Of a stretch of 64,000 bases of DNA, positions 51,001-63,179 are shown piece by piece. A program made the position numbers and the translations under genes. Origin of the DNA: Vitrella brassicaformis CCMP3155 (Eukaryota; Protista; Chromerida); assembly GCA_001179505.1 (NCBI GenBank), contig CDMY01000117.1, positions 62,001-126,000 on the forward strand, read 5' to 3'. Under the pieces are notes generated by a model. The model saw nothing but the letters and a program-made list of their open reading frames with translations. It had not been told where the DNA came from and ran no database searches. How positions within the stretch are numbered: the first letter of the stretch is position 1; every line of letters starts with the position of its first letter.

Positions 51001-52489
51001 CTGTGTGTGATGGGTGGGTGGGGGTGCGTGTTTGTTTGTTTGTTTGTTTGTACGCTGAGGGGGTCACAGCCGTTGAGGAGCACATAGAGCCTCAGGTCGA
51101 ATTTCAGGTCGTCGATGAGAAAGGGACGGTGGATGTACCTGCACCCACATGACATGAGATGACATGTCTCGGCAGCTGCAGCCAGCCTCACTTTGAGCGA
51201 TGTTGGGGGAGGGGGGGTGGTGAGGCATACCTTTGTGCCACGAGGTGTTCGTTAGGGTCCAGCTCTTCGAATCTCTTGATGAGGAAGATGCCCCGCCCAC
51301 ACGCGCCAGAGTTGGGCTTGATGATGAACGTCTTGGGCTTGCGCGTCCGGAACTGAGAGCGGAAGTCGTGCGCATCTGCAAGGGCCACAGAAAGAAGAAC
51401 GAGACACGTGTAGTAGGGGTGACCACATTAGCCAGCCACGTGCTATCTCTGTGTGTGACCTGATGGGAGGATCCAGGTTTTGGGGAAGAATTTGTATTCT
51501 TTCGGGAAGATGCGCCGCATCCGCATGAGGTTGCGCGCCAGGTTGTGCTTCCTGCAGACAGACGCACACACAGATGGGTGGCCTAGGCCGGGGCTGTTTG
51601 TCCGTCGATGTTGGGTGTTTGTCTTATCTTGTCTTTCTTGCCTGGAGATGCCGTTGATGCCGACAAAGTGGTTGATACGTTGGTAGCCCCTCATACCCAG
51701 CAAGCGATCGTGGTTGATCGTCGTGTCCATCCAACACAAATCCTACACACACACACCCACACACACAGGCACTAACTGCACAATTGTCCGTTCTTTGCCC
51801 CAGCTGCCCACCCACCGCACCCAATCGTCCTCCTCATTCTCGCACTCCACCCACCCCGGGAAGCTGTCACAGACGTCTCGAATGAGCGGATAACGCGTCA
51901 ACCCAAGGTAGAAATACACCCTCTTGGCCGGCTTCTTCTTGATGCTCCCGCTCCGCGACCGGGCTGTGCGCTCGGCCGACCACCGCTCCCTCCGGGAAGT
52001 GGCCTTGACCTCCGTGACGCCAACATCACCATCTCTATCGCCATCTTCGCCCGCCAGCTCCTCTACCACCTCGCCATCGTCCCCAACGTCGTATTCCACA
52101 ACCGCGTCACCATGTCCCCCCTGCGCTGATGCGCACGACGAGCTGGCATATGAGTTCTGCCGCGAGAGGAAGCCGTCCATAGCTTCGGGCGACGCGGGAG
52201 CGACCCCCACCTCCCCTAGCGGCTGGTCGGGCAGATTGCTCATCGGCGTCGGGCTGCCCTGCTGATAATAGTGATGATGGTAAGCCACCGCTGGTGCACA
52301 TGGGGCAGGGGTGAAGGTCGGGGGCGGGTGAGACAGCGACAGCGAAAAGGCCATGTCATGGGGAGGCCTCCGTTGGTACGCCCCCGTGAGATCGATGAGT
52401 GGCACGGGATAGCTGACGTGTGCGGGTGGGGTGGAGTGCGCCAGTCGCATGTTGTGTGCGATGCCTGCAGGGATGGGTGTGGATGCCAT
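48008..52489 (-). CDS. Tubulin polyglutamylase, TTLL6/TTLL13-like
   Basis: QRINHFVGINGISR|KHNLARNL; YKFFPKTWILP; TFIIKPNSGACGRGIFL; KFDLRLYVL; GLVRFATEEY; MHLTNYAINK; CFEVLGFDILID..PWLLE|VNHSPSF..D. 3' end uncertain. Confidence 0.93.
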
Positions 52490-53016
52490 TGGGGGGCGGG
52501 GCAGGAGGCGGTGGGCATGGGGAGGGGCTGGCGGCCGGGAGGGGCCGCAGGAGGGGGGGAAGACAAACGACAAAGGCCGGCCTAAATGAGGGAAGAAGGA
52601 AATCAATCAACGGGTGCGAAAAGGAAAAAGTCAGCGCAGGCAAGCTTGCAGTGCAGGTGTCACCTCCTTACCCTTCTGGTCAAACGCTGCATAGCCGTGG
52701 AAGTTCATCTTCCTGTCCACCACTAACACGGACACTGCGCACACTTAGCGCTCTCACCTTGGCTCTCACTGCAAAGGAGACTGACAGAGAAGCGTCAGCA
52801 CAAGGATGACGACAGAAGGTGCATCTGCGGCGGAGAAAGGGGAGAAAAGAACTTGGCGGAAGCGAGATAAGCTCGCATCTTGATCGCCTTGTAGCTCGCA
52901 TCACCTGTAGTTTTTCCAGAGGGACGGAAGCCGAACGAGCCAGCGTGGAGCCTCTATCCCTGTGTGCTGTTACGGCAGCTGAGGCTTCATCGCCATCGCA
53001 TCTGGGTGTAGTCCTG

Positions 53017-56000
53017 ATGAATCGCGACAGGGACCGTGACTATGACCCGAGAGGGGGCAGGCCTGACCCCCGAGACACGGTCGGTACACACACGCACACA
53101 ACCACACAGCACCACACACGCAGGAGCTGTCGTCACTCTCCGTGTGTCCGTCTGTGTGTGGTATGCATCACATCGTCTCTCTGGTCAGCGCGAGCAGCGT
53201 CCGCGTAAGTTTGAGAAGACGCTGTATCCGAGGGAGGAGGACTTCCCCGGCTGCAACAACCTGTTTGGCATCCTCATCGGCAAGGGAGGCGCCAACAAGA
53301 AGGCCATGGAGTCAGGAGGGGCTGACGTGTACATCAACGGCAAAAGCGACGGGGTGAGTGAGCCACACACGGGGGGAGGGGACGCACGCCTGAGCCTTCC
53401 TTTGTCATACGCTTTGCCTGAATGTGTGTATGGTCCAGAAGTCGCCCACGAGTCCTAAGGAGCCATGTCACATTCTGGTCAAGTACGACGATGAGCCAGA
53501 GGTCAGGAGAGCGGGCACACATTCAATCGGACACACTGAACAGTCGTTGGGTGCGTGTTGCGTGTTCAGTTGGCCAAGGTAGAGGAGGTGCTGGATTGGC
53601 TGCGCCGCACGTGGGGCACACCCAGGAGACCACCATTCAGAAGCGACTCGGGTGGGTACCTAACACACAACACACGGATGCGTGTGGGATAGATACGTCG
53701 GAGCGGCATCAATGATGCTTTGTTGTTGTGTTGTGTTGTGTGGTGTTGCGTCGTGTCGTGCTGTGATGGTTCAGATGGCTCAAACGAGGAGATAGAGTTT
53801 TGTCACGGCCTACTCAGTCTGCTGCAGAACAACCCGGTGAGCTCAGCTGAACTGCTGCATGTCTGCAGGCACATGTCCTGCCTGCAGTGCACGTGTGTGT
53901 GGTGGCCTGGCCTGATGACTGCGTGCGTTGCGTTGCGTTCAGAATGGCATTCCTGTGGAGCACGTTCCCGAGGCGTACAAGCTGCACGTCAGCAGCCCCT
54001 TCTTCCCCATATCCAAGTAAGTCGGGAGGGGCACATCACATACAGTACATGGTGTGCAGTGGACATGGGTAGGCAGCCACTCACACCCACATCCACATCC
54101 ACACCACACCCAGACCCATCCACCCACAACACAACACAACACACACCCCAGCGGCCAGCCATCTCCTCCTCGGCGGTCCGTCGATCGCTCCCCCTCCCCT
54201 CCAGTCAGGCTTTGCACCACCACCACCACCATACAAGTCACACAAGTGCACCAGCTAGTGTTCCTCCCCCTCCCTCCCTCCGTCCCTCTCTCCCTCTCTC
54301 CCTCCCTCCCTCGCTGTCTCGCGTGCTTTCGTTCGTCTCTTTGCCTTGCCTGTATCCATGTCGTCTGGCTGTCGGGCTGGGGGCTGCTCGTGTCTTGTGT
54401 GGCTGCAGGTACGTGCCTGAGGGACATCTGCAAGACATGTTGCGGCACCAGCGATTCGCCCACTTCGTCGAATTTCTCGACGTAGGCAGACGGACTGTAT
54501 ACTGGCAGACAGGCGACAGACAGGCAGACAGGCATCAGTGGGAGAGGAGGACCGGCGTGAGCCTCCCAAGTCGGCACGCCCCTCCCTCTCCCCCTCCCCC
54601 TCCCGCCCCCCTGCCCTCTGCCGCGTCACGAGCAAGACAGAGGGTCCTATGGCGCGATGGACCAAGAGGCAAGACCGTGTGGCGAGGCATTCGTGATGAT
54701 GATTATGGTGCGGTTCTGTGGTTTTGTGACTTCTTCCTTCTTCTTTATTCATCATCGAGAGCGGACTTGCTGTTCAACCCAATCGCATCAGTCCACCGAT
54801 CGATCCATTCATCCGACCATCCTTCCTCTATTCTCCGCAATGCCCTCCCCTCCCCTCCGCTCGCCTCGCGCCACCCCAACACCCGCCCCGCCAACCAACC
54901 AGCGTTTGTGGTCCAGCTGACGAGGAAATGAGCTGCCGCCAGCACCGAGATGTCTATTGAGAAGGAAGGTCATCCGACACGATGAAGTGGCGGAAGCGGA
55001 AACGCGCTGAGGTGCCCGCCTGACTCGAGGATTCTGTCACCCACAGGAATCAAGACGCTCCCTTCTCTGCCCCTCCGTCCGTCCATCCGTCCGTCCCGTC
55101 CGTCGGCACTGCTCGAACCGGTTGACTGTCTCCTTCGCCTCTCAATCGCCTGCCTGCGTCGATGGATAGAGTGGACCAACCGGCCAAGTGTTTGTCGTCA
55201 CACTTTGGGAGTGCCCCGTCCTTAGCGTGATTGCCTCCGGCCACCCAGCCACCGAATCAGGCGACAAAGCCGTGCATTCTAGGATCGAGATGGCTGGGAT
55301 GGAAGAGGGCCCTAGAATGAAGCAGCACGGGTGTTGATCTCTCCTTCTTGACACCTGATCGATCTAACTGAAGGGCTGATTTGACGCGTCGACGTCTGAT
55401 GAGGCCGGCGGAGACGAGCCGCGTGATTGAGTCTTCCTGGCGGGACGAGATGCGCATTGACCATCCGAGCCGCAGTCCGAGGCATCGGTCAGCTTAGGTA
55501 TCTCCTCAGCTCAGCGTTCGGCCATTCCGCCCGCCCGCCAGCCGAGCAGCCAGCATTGTCCAGCGCTGTCCCAGCCTCTCCTCTTGACCACTGCATGCCA
55601 CAGCACACGCATGCATTCATGCCAATGATTGCCCCCATTCCGCTTGTACTCATTGTGTCTCTCTGGGTGGGTGGGTGGGTGTTGTGTGTTGTGTGTGGTG
55701 TGTTGGTGCGTTCAGGGCGGCAAGGCTGTGCGGGCCAAAATACGCGACAACCTGCCCTTCCCTGAGTTCAAGCGCATGCACGAGCAGTGGTGTGAGTCGG
55801 TCGGGCTGGCCTCCGGGCCCCCCAGCAAACGGCCCAGACTCGGTAAGCATGCGAACAACAGGCCGCCAGGCATCTGCCAGACAAGCGCGCACATTTTCTC
55901 TGCTCGTCTGCGTGTGTCTCAATCAGACCATTCAGGTGCGATGCCGGGCATGATGGGTCCACCGAACGTGACGTTCGCCCCCGGGCCGCCTCCCATGATG

Positions 56001-58274
56001 CAAGCAAGGCCCATGCCGGGCATCCCGGGCCTCCCGCCAGGCATCGGCGGCGGGCCCCCACCCATCCCGGGGCTGGGGGGTGGGCCTGGCGGGCCTGGGA
56101 TGGCAGGGCCTGCCCGGCCGGGCAACACGCCGCCCCTGGTGCTGATACTGCAGGGCGTGCACAAGTTGCTGACCAACCACCGCGTGCCGATGCCGCTCGG
56201 GCGCCTGCCGGTGGGTCAGGATAAGGGGGAGGGAGGCAGGGCAATATGGGGAGGGAGGGAGGGAGGGAGATGCGTATGTGATGTGATGTGTTGCTCATCC
56301 ATCCATCCGTCTGTATGTCTGTCCGTGTTTGCAGGAAGCTTTTCAGAAGGAGTGGAAGACGCCGCTGGATCTAGTGGCGTTCGGATACGATAGCAACAAC
56401 CTCAAAGAGTAAGACCGACAGACAGACAGCACACAAAGGGAATTCAATCCGCCGATCGATCAATGTGTCTCGGGCGTTTGCCATTGCTCATCCATCCACT
56501 CATCCATCCATCAGATTTTTGACCCGTTTCCCCGAGGTAGTGGAGTTGTCGAATGCCGGCGGCGAGTGGCTCGTGTCTGCCGTGCCAAGACCGGACTTCA
56601 AATCCGTCACCAAGAAAATGTAAACACCTCCCCTCCACACACAACACAACACCTGGACCAAGTGCACACCACACCCTCTCACCATCTCTCTCTTCCTGTT
56701 TGTTGTCTTCTCGGTCAGCCCTCCGGCGCACATGGGTCCCCCGCTGCCCCCGTTTGCCGACTTCAGCAACGGTCCGCCGCCTCCCCGTTCGCCACACGGG
56801 CCGCCGCACGACCGGCCGTCGCGATCCATCGAGCGTAACCGAAGATATGACGGGCCGCCCCGACGGGACGACAGAAGACGACCACCTAGCATGGTGCGTC
56901 CGTCCGTCCACAGACGCCGACCGACCAACACCACACAAACACTCACCCGCATCTATGGGATGGGTGCATGTTTGTGTGTATGCAATGCAGGATCGTCGCG
57001 GGCATCCCTCTCGCTCCCGCGGCGGGCGTGACACTCCCCCCAACAGGGAGAGGGACATGCGGCGCCACGACCGTGACCGAGACGACCGTTTCCGCGACCA
57101 CCGAGACAGAGACCGCGTGCCGCCCGAGAGGGACTTCAGAGACCGAGACAGGCGCGATCGTGACAGGGACCGAGACAGAGACAGGGACGAGCGGTTCAGA
57201 CGCCCTGGGGGATTCGATCGCCGCGACAAGGACGATAGGAACGGCATGGGAGGGGGCGGTGGTGGTGGTGGTGGTGGCGGTGGTGGGTTTGGGGACCCGC
57301 AGCAGCTGGGCGAGATCAAGAACTTGCTGGAGCGTCTGGTGAGAAGAGGGGAAGATGGCATGGCATGGCTGCAGATCTGTCTGTCACTATGTGACGTGAT
57401 TTGTCGTGTTGTGTTGTCTTGCGTCGTGTTGTGCAGGTGCAACAGCAGCAGCAGCCGCAGCCCGCGGCTCCCTCCAACTTTGGTGCGATGCCTCCCCAGG
57501 CCCCTGCGGCCAACCCACTCACGGCTCTGCTGGGTGGGGGTGCGGCAGGGGGGATGCCTGCAGGTGGGGGAGGGAACGCGGCCCAGCTGCAGCAGCTGAT
57601 GGCCATGCTGGGGGGCGGGGCGGGCGCAGCCACCAGATCGCCACCGCCACAACGTAACGGGCAACACAGACACACAGACAAGACACACGCCGGCACATGC
57701 ACTGCACATGAGTGTCTTGGTTCGTGTCGTGTGTCTGCTCTGCTCAGGTACTGGGTTTCCGCATGAGGGCATGGGTGCTGGTCGCGGTTTCCAGCCGGGT
57801 GGGCCCCCTGGCGGTGTGCCGGGCATGCCCAACCCACCACCGCAGGCTGCCGGTGGTCCAGGCGGCACTAGCGCACAGGGCCTACTGCAGCTACTGCAGG
57901 CCGCTCAGCAGACCCAGCAGCAGACCACAGTACCGTCACAGCAGGGCACAGGACAGGTCAGTGACTGAGAGAGAGAGAGATAACACAACCAACATCACCT
58001 TCTCACGCTGCTGTCTTTCTGGTCGGTGTGTCAGGCGGGTCTTCTGGGTGCTCTGTCGGGCCTTCTGGGCGGCGGTGGCGCTCCGGGTGGGGGCCAGCCG
58101 ACACCCCAGGACCCATACTCGAGCGGCCTGGCCGGCGGGGGCTTCAGCGACGAGCCGCCACGCTCGCCGCCATACGACCCTGCACAGGCCAATGCACCGC
58201 CCCCGATAGGCGGGGGATACGGGCGATTCGACGGGGGACCCAACGGGATGGGCTTTGGGAGGCGGCGAGCATAG
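53017..58274 (+). CDS. RNA-binding protein: SF1-like KH domain + two LOTUS/OST-HTH domains + RD-rich and G/P/Q low-complexity regions
   Basis: KH: LFGILIGKGGANKK...EPCHILVK. LOTUS1: FCHGLLSLLQNNP|NGIPVEHVPEAYKLH..YVPEGHLQDML. LOTUS2: GVHKLLTNHRVPMPLGRLP|EAFQKEWKTPLDLVAFGYDSNNLKEFLTRFPEVVEL. Junctions through LOTUS2 are in phase; ends FGRRRA*. Confidence 0.8.
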
Positions 58275-59267
58275 ATAGATGCGGGAGGATAGGGCGGGGG
58301 GGGAGGGAGGGAGAGGTGGACATGAAGGAATGAATGCGTCAGTCAGAGCCTTCCTTGTGTGAGAGGAGAGGGGGTGGGGGGCCAATTGGAGGTGAGTTTG
58401 GTTGAACTGGTCGGTGCAGTGTGTGTGTGTGTGTATGTGTCTCTAAGCGGCTGGTTGAGCGGGATGGGGGGCGGGGTGGGGTGGGCCGTGGCGTGTGGTA
58501 CTGTCATGTGTTGGTGTAATCACATTCTGCGTGTGGTGACCGTGCCTGTGAGCTGCCTGCTGTGGTCTCGTGCTGAACGTCGTGTCGTCGCTTTGAAGTG
58601 CATTCTTCCTGATGGATCGACACGTGGGTGGAGGACCGATTTGTGTGTTTGTATGTGCACACGTAAGTCGGTATTCTCTCAATCAATGGAACGGAACTTA
58701 CACACACCCACATGAGATCTCTGGTCCATCCACATGGGTTAACGCATTGCACACCCCGCCCACAGCATGGTCCTCATCACCGATGGATTATAGCTCACTG
58801 TCTTCGAGGCAGGCAGGCAGGCTGGCGAAGAAACAACATGCCCAGTGAGTCTCGTGTGAGGGTATCCGCTCACCGGGACTCAATGGGCAAGCTCTCGCAT
58901 CGCATGGGCAGCATCAAAGCCAGCAGAGGCGAAGAACACACACATCTCTGTCTGACACGCACTCACTCCCTCTCTCTCTCTCTCTGCGGGCCATTCATTC
59001 GTTCATGTCTTCCGGCCATCTCCTGCTGTCGCGTGCGTCGCTCCCATGAGATCTCGTTCACTCACAGTGTCGCGGTGAACGATCTCTCTTCCACTCCATC
59101 CACCTCGATCGGCATCAGAGAAAACAGCGGCGAACGGAAGAGCAACCAAACAAACAAGCCACTCACTCAACACAAGACACAAAAGCAGCTGTCTGCCTGC
59201 CTGCGGCCCCCGCTGCCCCAGCCCGGTCAGTCAGTCAGTCAAGTCAGAAAACTCACTCATCACTTGT

Positions 59268-59906
59268 TTACTTATTGTTGATCTCGACCTTGCCCGTGAG
59301 GTCGTACATCTGTTTCTTCCACCCCGTCAGCTGATCGGCCGCCTGCCTGGCCTCAATCATGAGCTGCTGATGGTCCTTCTTGAGCGGGTTGAGCAGCCTG
59401 TGGCTTCGGATGTGGTGGCCCACCTTCCAGCTCGCCGCGTACTGCTGCATCCTCTCCCGCACCCGCACCGGCTCCAGGTAGAGCAGGTGCACCAGCATGT
59501 AGATGAGCGAAAACTCGGCGAACAGCTGCAGCGTCTCGGCGTTGTGGTCCGCCTCGCCCACCTGCTTGAACAGCTTCTCGAAATAGTCGCCCCACAGAAA
59601 CACGATGTTCTCGCCCAGCGGATTCGACCCCGCGCCGGGCGGCGCAATGAGAATCGGGCCGCCCATCGCCGCGACACCGGTTAGGCCAACGCCGCCCTGG
59701 GCAGTGAGATCACCATGAGGTAGATCTTGCTGCAGGCCGTCTGCTGTGCGTAGGGCGGCAGGTGTGGCGCTGTCGATGCCGTGAAATGAGGCCGAGAGGG
59801 GACGGGCTGAGGGGGGAGGGGTGGACAGCGACGTGAAGAAGCGGCATGAAGCGCCTGCAGCACGGAGGCGGGGAACAGAGGAACGCAGCAGACGCTGCGA
59901 CAACAT
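59268..59906 (-). CDS. Intronless putative mitochondrial single-pass membrane protein
   Basis: Arg/Ser-rich presequence MLSQRLLRSSVPRLRAAGASCRFF; one hydrophobic stretch FAEFSLIYMLVHLLYL; ~212 aa. Confidence 0.7.
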   Translation of the reverse strand: MLSQRLLRSSVPRLRAAGASCRFFTSLSTPPPSARPLSASFHGIDSATPAALRTADGLQQDLPHGDLTAQGGVGLTGVAAMGGPILIAPPGAGSNPLGENIVFLWGDYFEKLFKQVGEADHNAETLQLFAEFSLIYMLVHLLYLEPVRVRERMQQYAASWKVGHHIRSHRLLNPLKKDHQQLMIEARQAADQLTGWKKQMYDLTGKVEINNK

Positions 59907-59968
59907 CGTCATCCGCTTCACCTCCCGTCTGCAAGCTTAGCTGCGGATGGTTTGTTTGAGCTTGCGAG

Positions 59969-62706
59969 ATGATGCCGAATGAAATGTGCTGCTTAAGTTC
60001 TGACGGCAGCTACAGATCTCTGGCAAGGCAAGTATGGCGAGAGGAGGAAGGAGTGCTGAACCGGCTGAGAAGCATTCATTGGGATGCGCAGTACGTGCAA
60101 GTGAGCGCTGCACTTAAGGATAAAATGCACAACACAGATCACATGAAGGTAGCAGCGGGCAGCAAGCAGCCGGAGCTGTTGTGTGAGTTTCAGGGTGAGA
60201 GAGCGATGATGATGACCACTGCTGACGCGGATATGCCCATGAACGCTGCTGTGCTGTTCAGACGCCCTTGTGGACATTCCTCACGAGCTCTCCAGCCGTG
60301 CAGGCTTGCCAGCTGATGCGGTGTCTGATCTGGCGACGGCGGTCAACCGGCGGTGTGGACTCTGGTACTGCCAGGTCAGAGGCACAAGGAAACGATGCAA
60401 TATGGCGGACCTGCTATGTGTTGTGTGTGTGTTTGTGTGCAGTCGTATGACGCCGTGTGTCACTTCAAGTCCACAGACGGCCACCCCTACAATGTCACGT
60501 TCAGCGCTACCAGGTGGGCTGGTGGACGGGCAAGGATAACGCGGCGAGGGCCCGCTGCAATGCAGTGCAGTACAAAGAAGTGTGTGGGCTGGGCTGTGTG
60601 CCTGCAGGCTGAATCTCGGTCTGCTGGAGGTGATTGTGGAGCGGCGGGGCACCGTCATTGTCGATAGGTGTGTGCCCGACCGACCGACAGCAACTGAATC
60701 GCTGCCAATCAATTGTATTGATTGATGTTGAATCAATCGTGTTTCCTTCCGTTTGTCTGTCCTCCCGGTGCATTGCATCTGATCTGCATCGCATCGCAGC
60801 ACCAAGAAGGGTAGGGTGTGGTGTGGTGTGACCAAGGCACACAACACAGGAAATTAAGCACACGCAAGCCCCTGCACTCTCTCTGTTGCTGCTCTGCTCC
60901 ATCCCATCACACAGGCAAGCGGTATCCGGATGCGCTGGTCCGCACCGTCCCTGTGTGGTGTGCCGTTGTCAACCGGCTGCTCTTCCCACAGCGGTTGACA
61001 CGAGAGATGCGCGAGCTGCCGATCTGGATACCACCAATGGGTGCGTGAGGGAAATGAGGCTGGCAGGGGGGAAGGCCACACGAGCACCGAGAATGCATCA
61101 GCATGTGGATGGTTTTGCAGAGCGTGAGCACATCTGGAGGCATCTCGATGAGTATGTCAACACACTGCGGACAAGTACGTGAGGAGTCCTGCATGCCATG
61201 CGCACCACGTCACGTCTCATGCACTGCACTACCATACTACCATGCCATCGAGTCTTTGCTCGTGTCTGTTGCAGTCGCGCCCGCTGATGTGCTGACGAAG
61301 ATGCGAGAGCGAGTCAGGTGCGGCGAATTGACAGAGATGTGCGTCATCGACCTAACTTGTCCCTACCTACTGTCTTTCTCCCCGTGCCATGCCATAGGTG
61401 TCCCCTTCAGCCCTACTGGCTGTGTCCAGGGCAGCCGCTGGAAGGCCCGTCGGCCCCCCCAGATGGCACCACGCCCCAGCCGTATCCAGTGGTGTGTCTG
61501 TGCGCCTCTTCATCGGCCGCACCAGACGTCGTCCAAATGCAATCCGGACACAGGTCAGATATCCACACAACAACACAAGAGTCTTAAGAAGACACATTCA
61601 CCGATTCGATGTGTCCATGTGCGTTGTGATGTGTGTGTGGGTGCAGTTGGTGCTACGTGCAAGGGGCGGCCGATGACGAGGAGTACTGGGGCAGTGGACT
61701 CACACCTGACCTTTTCTGGTCGCACGCCGATGTCCTGCTGGCATGCTCAACCAACGCCCAGTGCGAAGCCCTCGTCCGCTCCCTCACCCGGCCATCTGCC
61801 ACCGACACCCCATCCGACCCTCTCTCCTTCCCGCCATTCGACGTCTTTATCAGCGATCGGTGCTCTGTCCGTGTCGGCCCCTTCAGTTGGGCGAGGGAGC
61901 AGCTGCAGCTGACGACCTCGGCTGACACAGCATCGACGGACACCGGCGTTATTCCCGTGGTGAATGTGAGCGTGAGGAGTCTGCTGGGGACCGACGGCGA
62001 GGGGCGGGAGCTGTGGATGCCCTGTGTGCCGAGTAAGAAGCCCAAGGACCCCAAGCAGTGGAGTTTGGTGCTGGGGAGGTTTCTGGCGAGGTGTGAGGGG
62101 TGGCTCAGGCGTTCCGGGCACGTGGTCATACCGGTAGACACGAGACACAGCAACGCAACGCACCCATTCACTTCACGGCACCTGGCTAAACTAGATGTGC
62201 TCGCTGTGCCTATCGATTCAGATGACGGCCTGCAGCAGCGACGAGTACATGAGCGTCGCCTTCCTGACCCTCGCCACCCTCCTGTCAGGATGGGCCGCAC
62301 ACGGCAGCACCCTACCCGCACCAACACGAGATCAGCCGTCTCGTCAGGGTGACAGAGAAGGAGGCACTGATGACGACCAGGCCGAGGAGGCGGGCGCACC
62401 ACCGCCGCCCGCAGCGTGCCATGGGGCCTTGCCGCGCATCACCAAAGTCGACATACGGCGAGCGCTGGCGCATCTTGAGGTGGGAAATAATGCAGGCGGT
62501 GGGAAGGAAGAACCGCGCATTCATGTTGTTTGTGCCTGTGTTTGTGTGTTTGTGTGCAGAGCCATTGGCCGTCCATCGGGTCGTGGGATGGCGCTTGTGT
62601 GCCTCGGCTGAATGTACCGCGCTTCCTGCACAATCAGCTGACGGGATACTTCAACACTCCCTTCATGATCCATGAGGGCCGCTGGGCTGGGGGTGGGTTT
62701 GTGTGA
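59969..62706 (+). CDS. RIT1: Initiator tRNA phosphoribosyl transferase (tRNA A64 2'-O-ribosylphosphate transferase)
   Basis: NRLRSI..D; NRRCGLWY; FKSTDGH; LNLGLL..GTVIVD; GKRYPDAL..TVPVWCAVVN; QGAADDEEYWGSGLTPDLFW; ITKVDIRR. Confidence 0.92.
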
Positions 62707-62750
62707 GCTCTGCGGCATCAATGGGATTTGTGTGAGCTCTGCGGCATCAA
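62698..62750 (+). repeat. 24-bp direct repeat x2 (period 29) overlapping the RIT1 stop
   Basis: tttgtgtgagctctgcggcatcaa at 62698 and 62727. Confidence 0.85.
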
Positions 62751-63179
62751 ATCAATAGGTGTGTAAGAGCGCAGCGCGTGTGGGGGTTTGGATTTTGTAC
62801 GTATGAGTCAGTAACTGCTGGGCCGTTCCTTTCGCGTCTGTGCTTTGTTTTGTGGTGTGGTGTGGACTCGCGTAATGAATCCCATTGAATGCACACACAC
62901 ATGGACATGACATCGATAGGTCGACCACAAATCAGACCACTCATCTCATAAACGATGCATGCATGAGCCCTCCCTCCCATCGCCCTCTCAGTCTAATCAG
63001 CTATGCACACAGAAGCTAAGCTAGCAGCACACGGGGGAGTGTGCGCGTGGGTCGCCAGGCCGGTGGCCGCAAGTCGCTCACTAAACCTGACCAAACATGC
63101 CGACCACACCACACCACATCCCACCGACTACCTCACCATTTGTTCCATCGCCCCAACTGTGTGTAGCTGACTGACTGAC

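Noticed and set aside
55390-55440. CTGATGAGGCC resembling a hammerhead ribozyme core
   Set aside because: No downstream GAAA or closing stems I-III could be found.
62698-62750. 24-bp direct repeat at the RIT1 stop as a regulatory element
   Set aside because: Only two copies; most simply a local slippage duplication.
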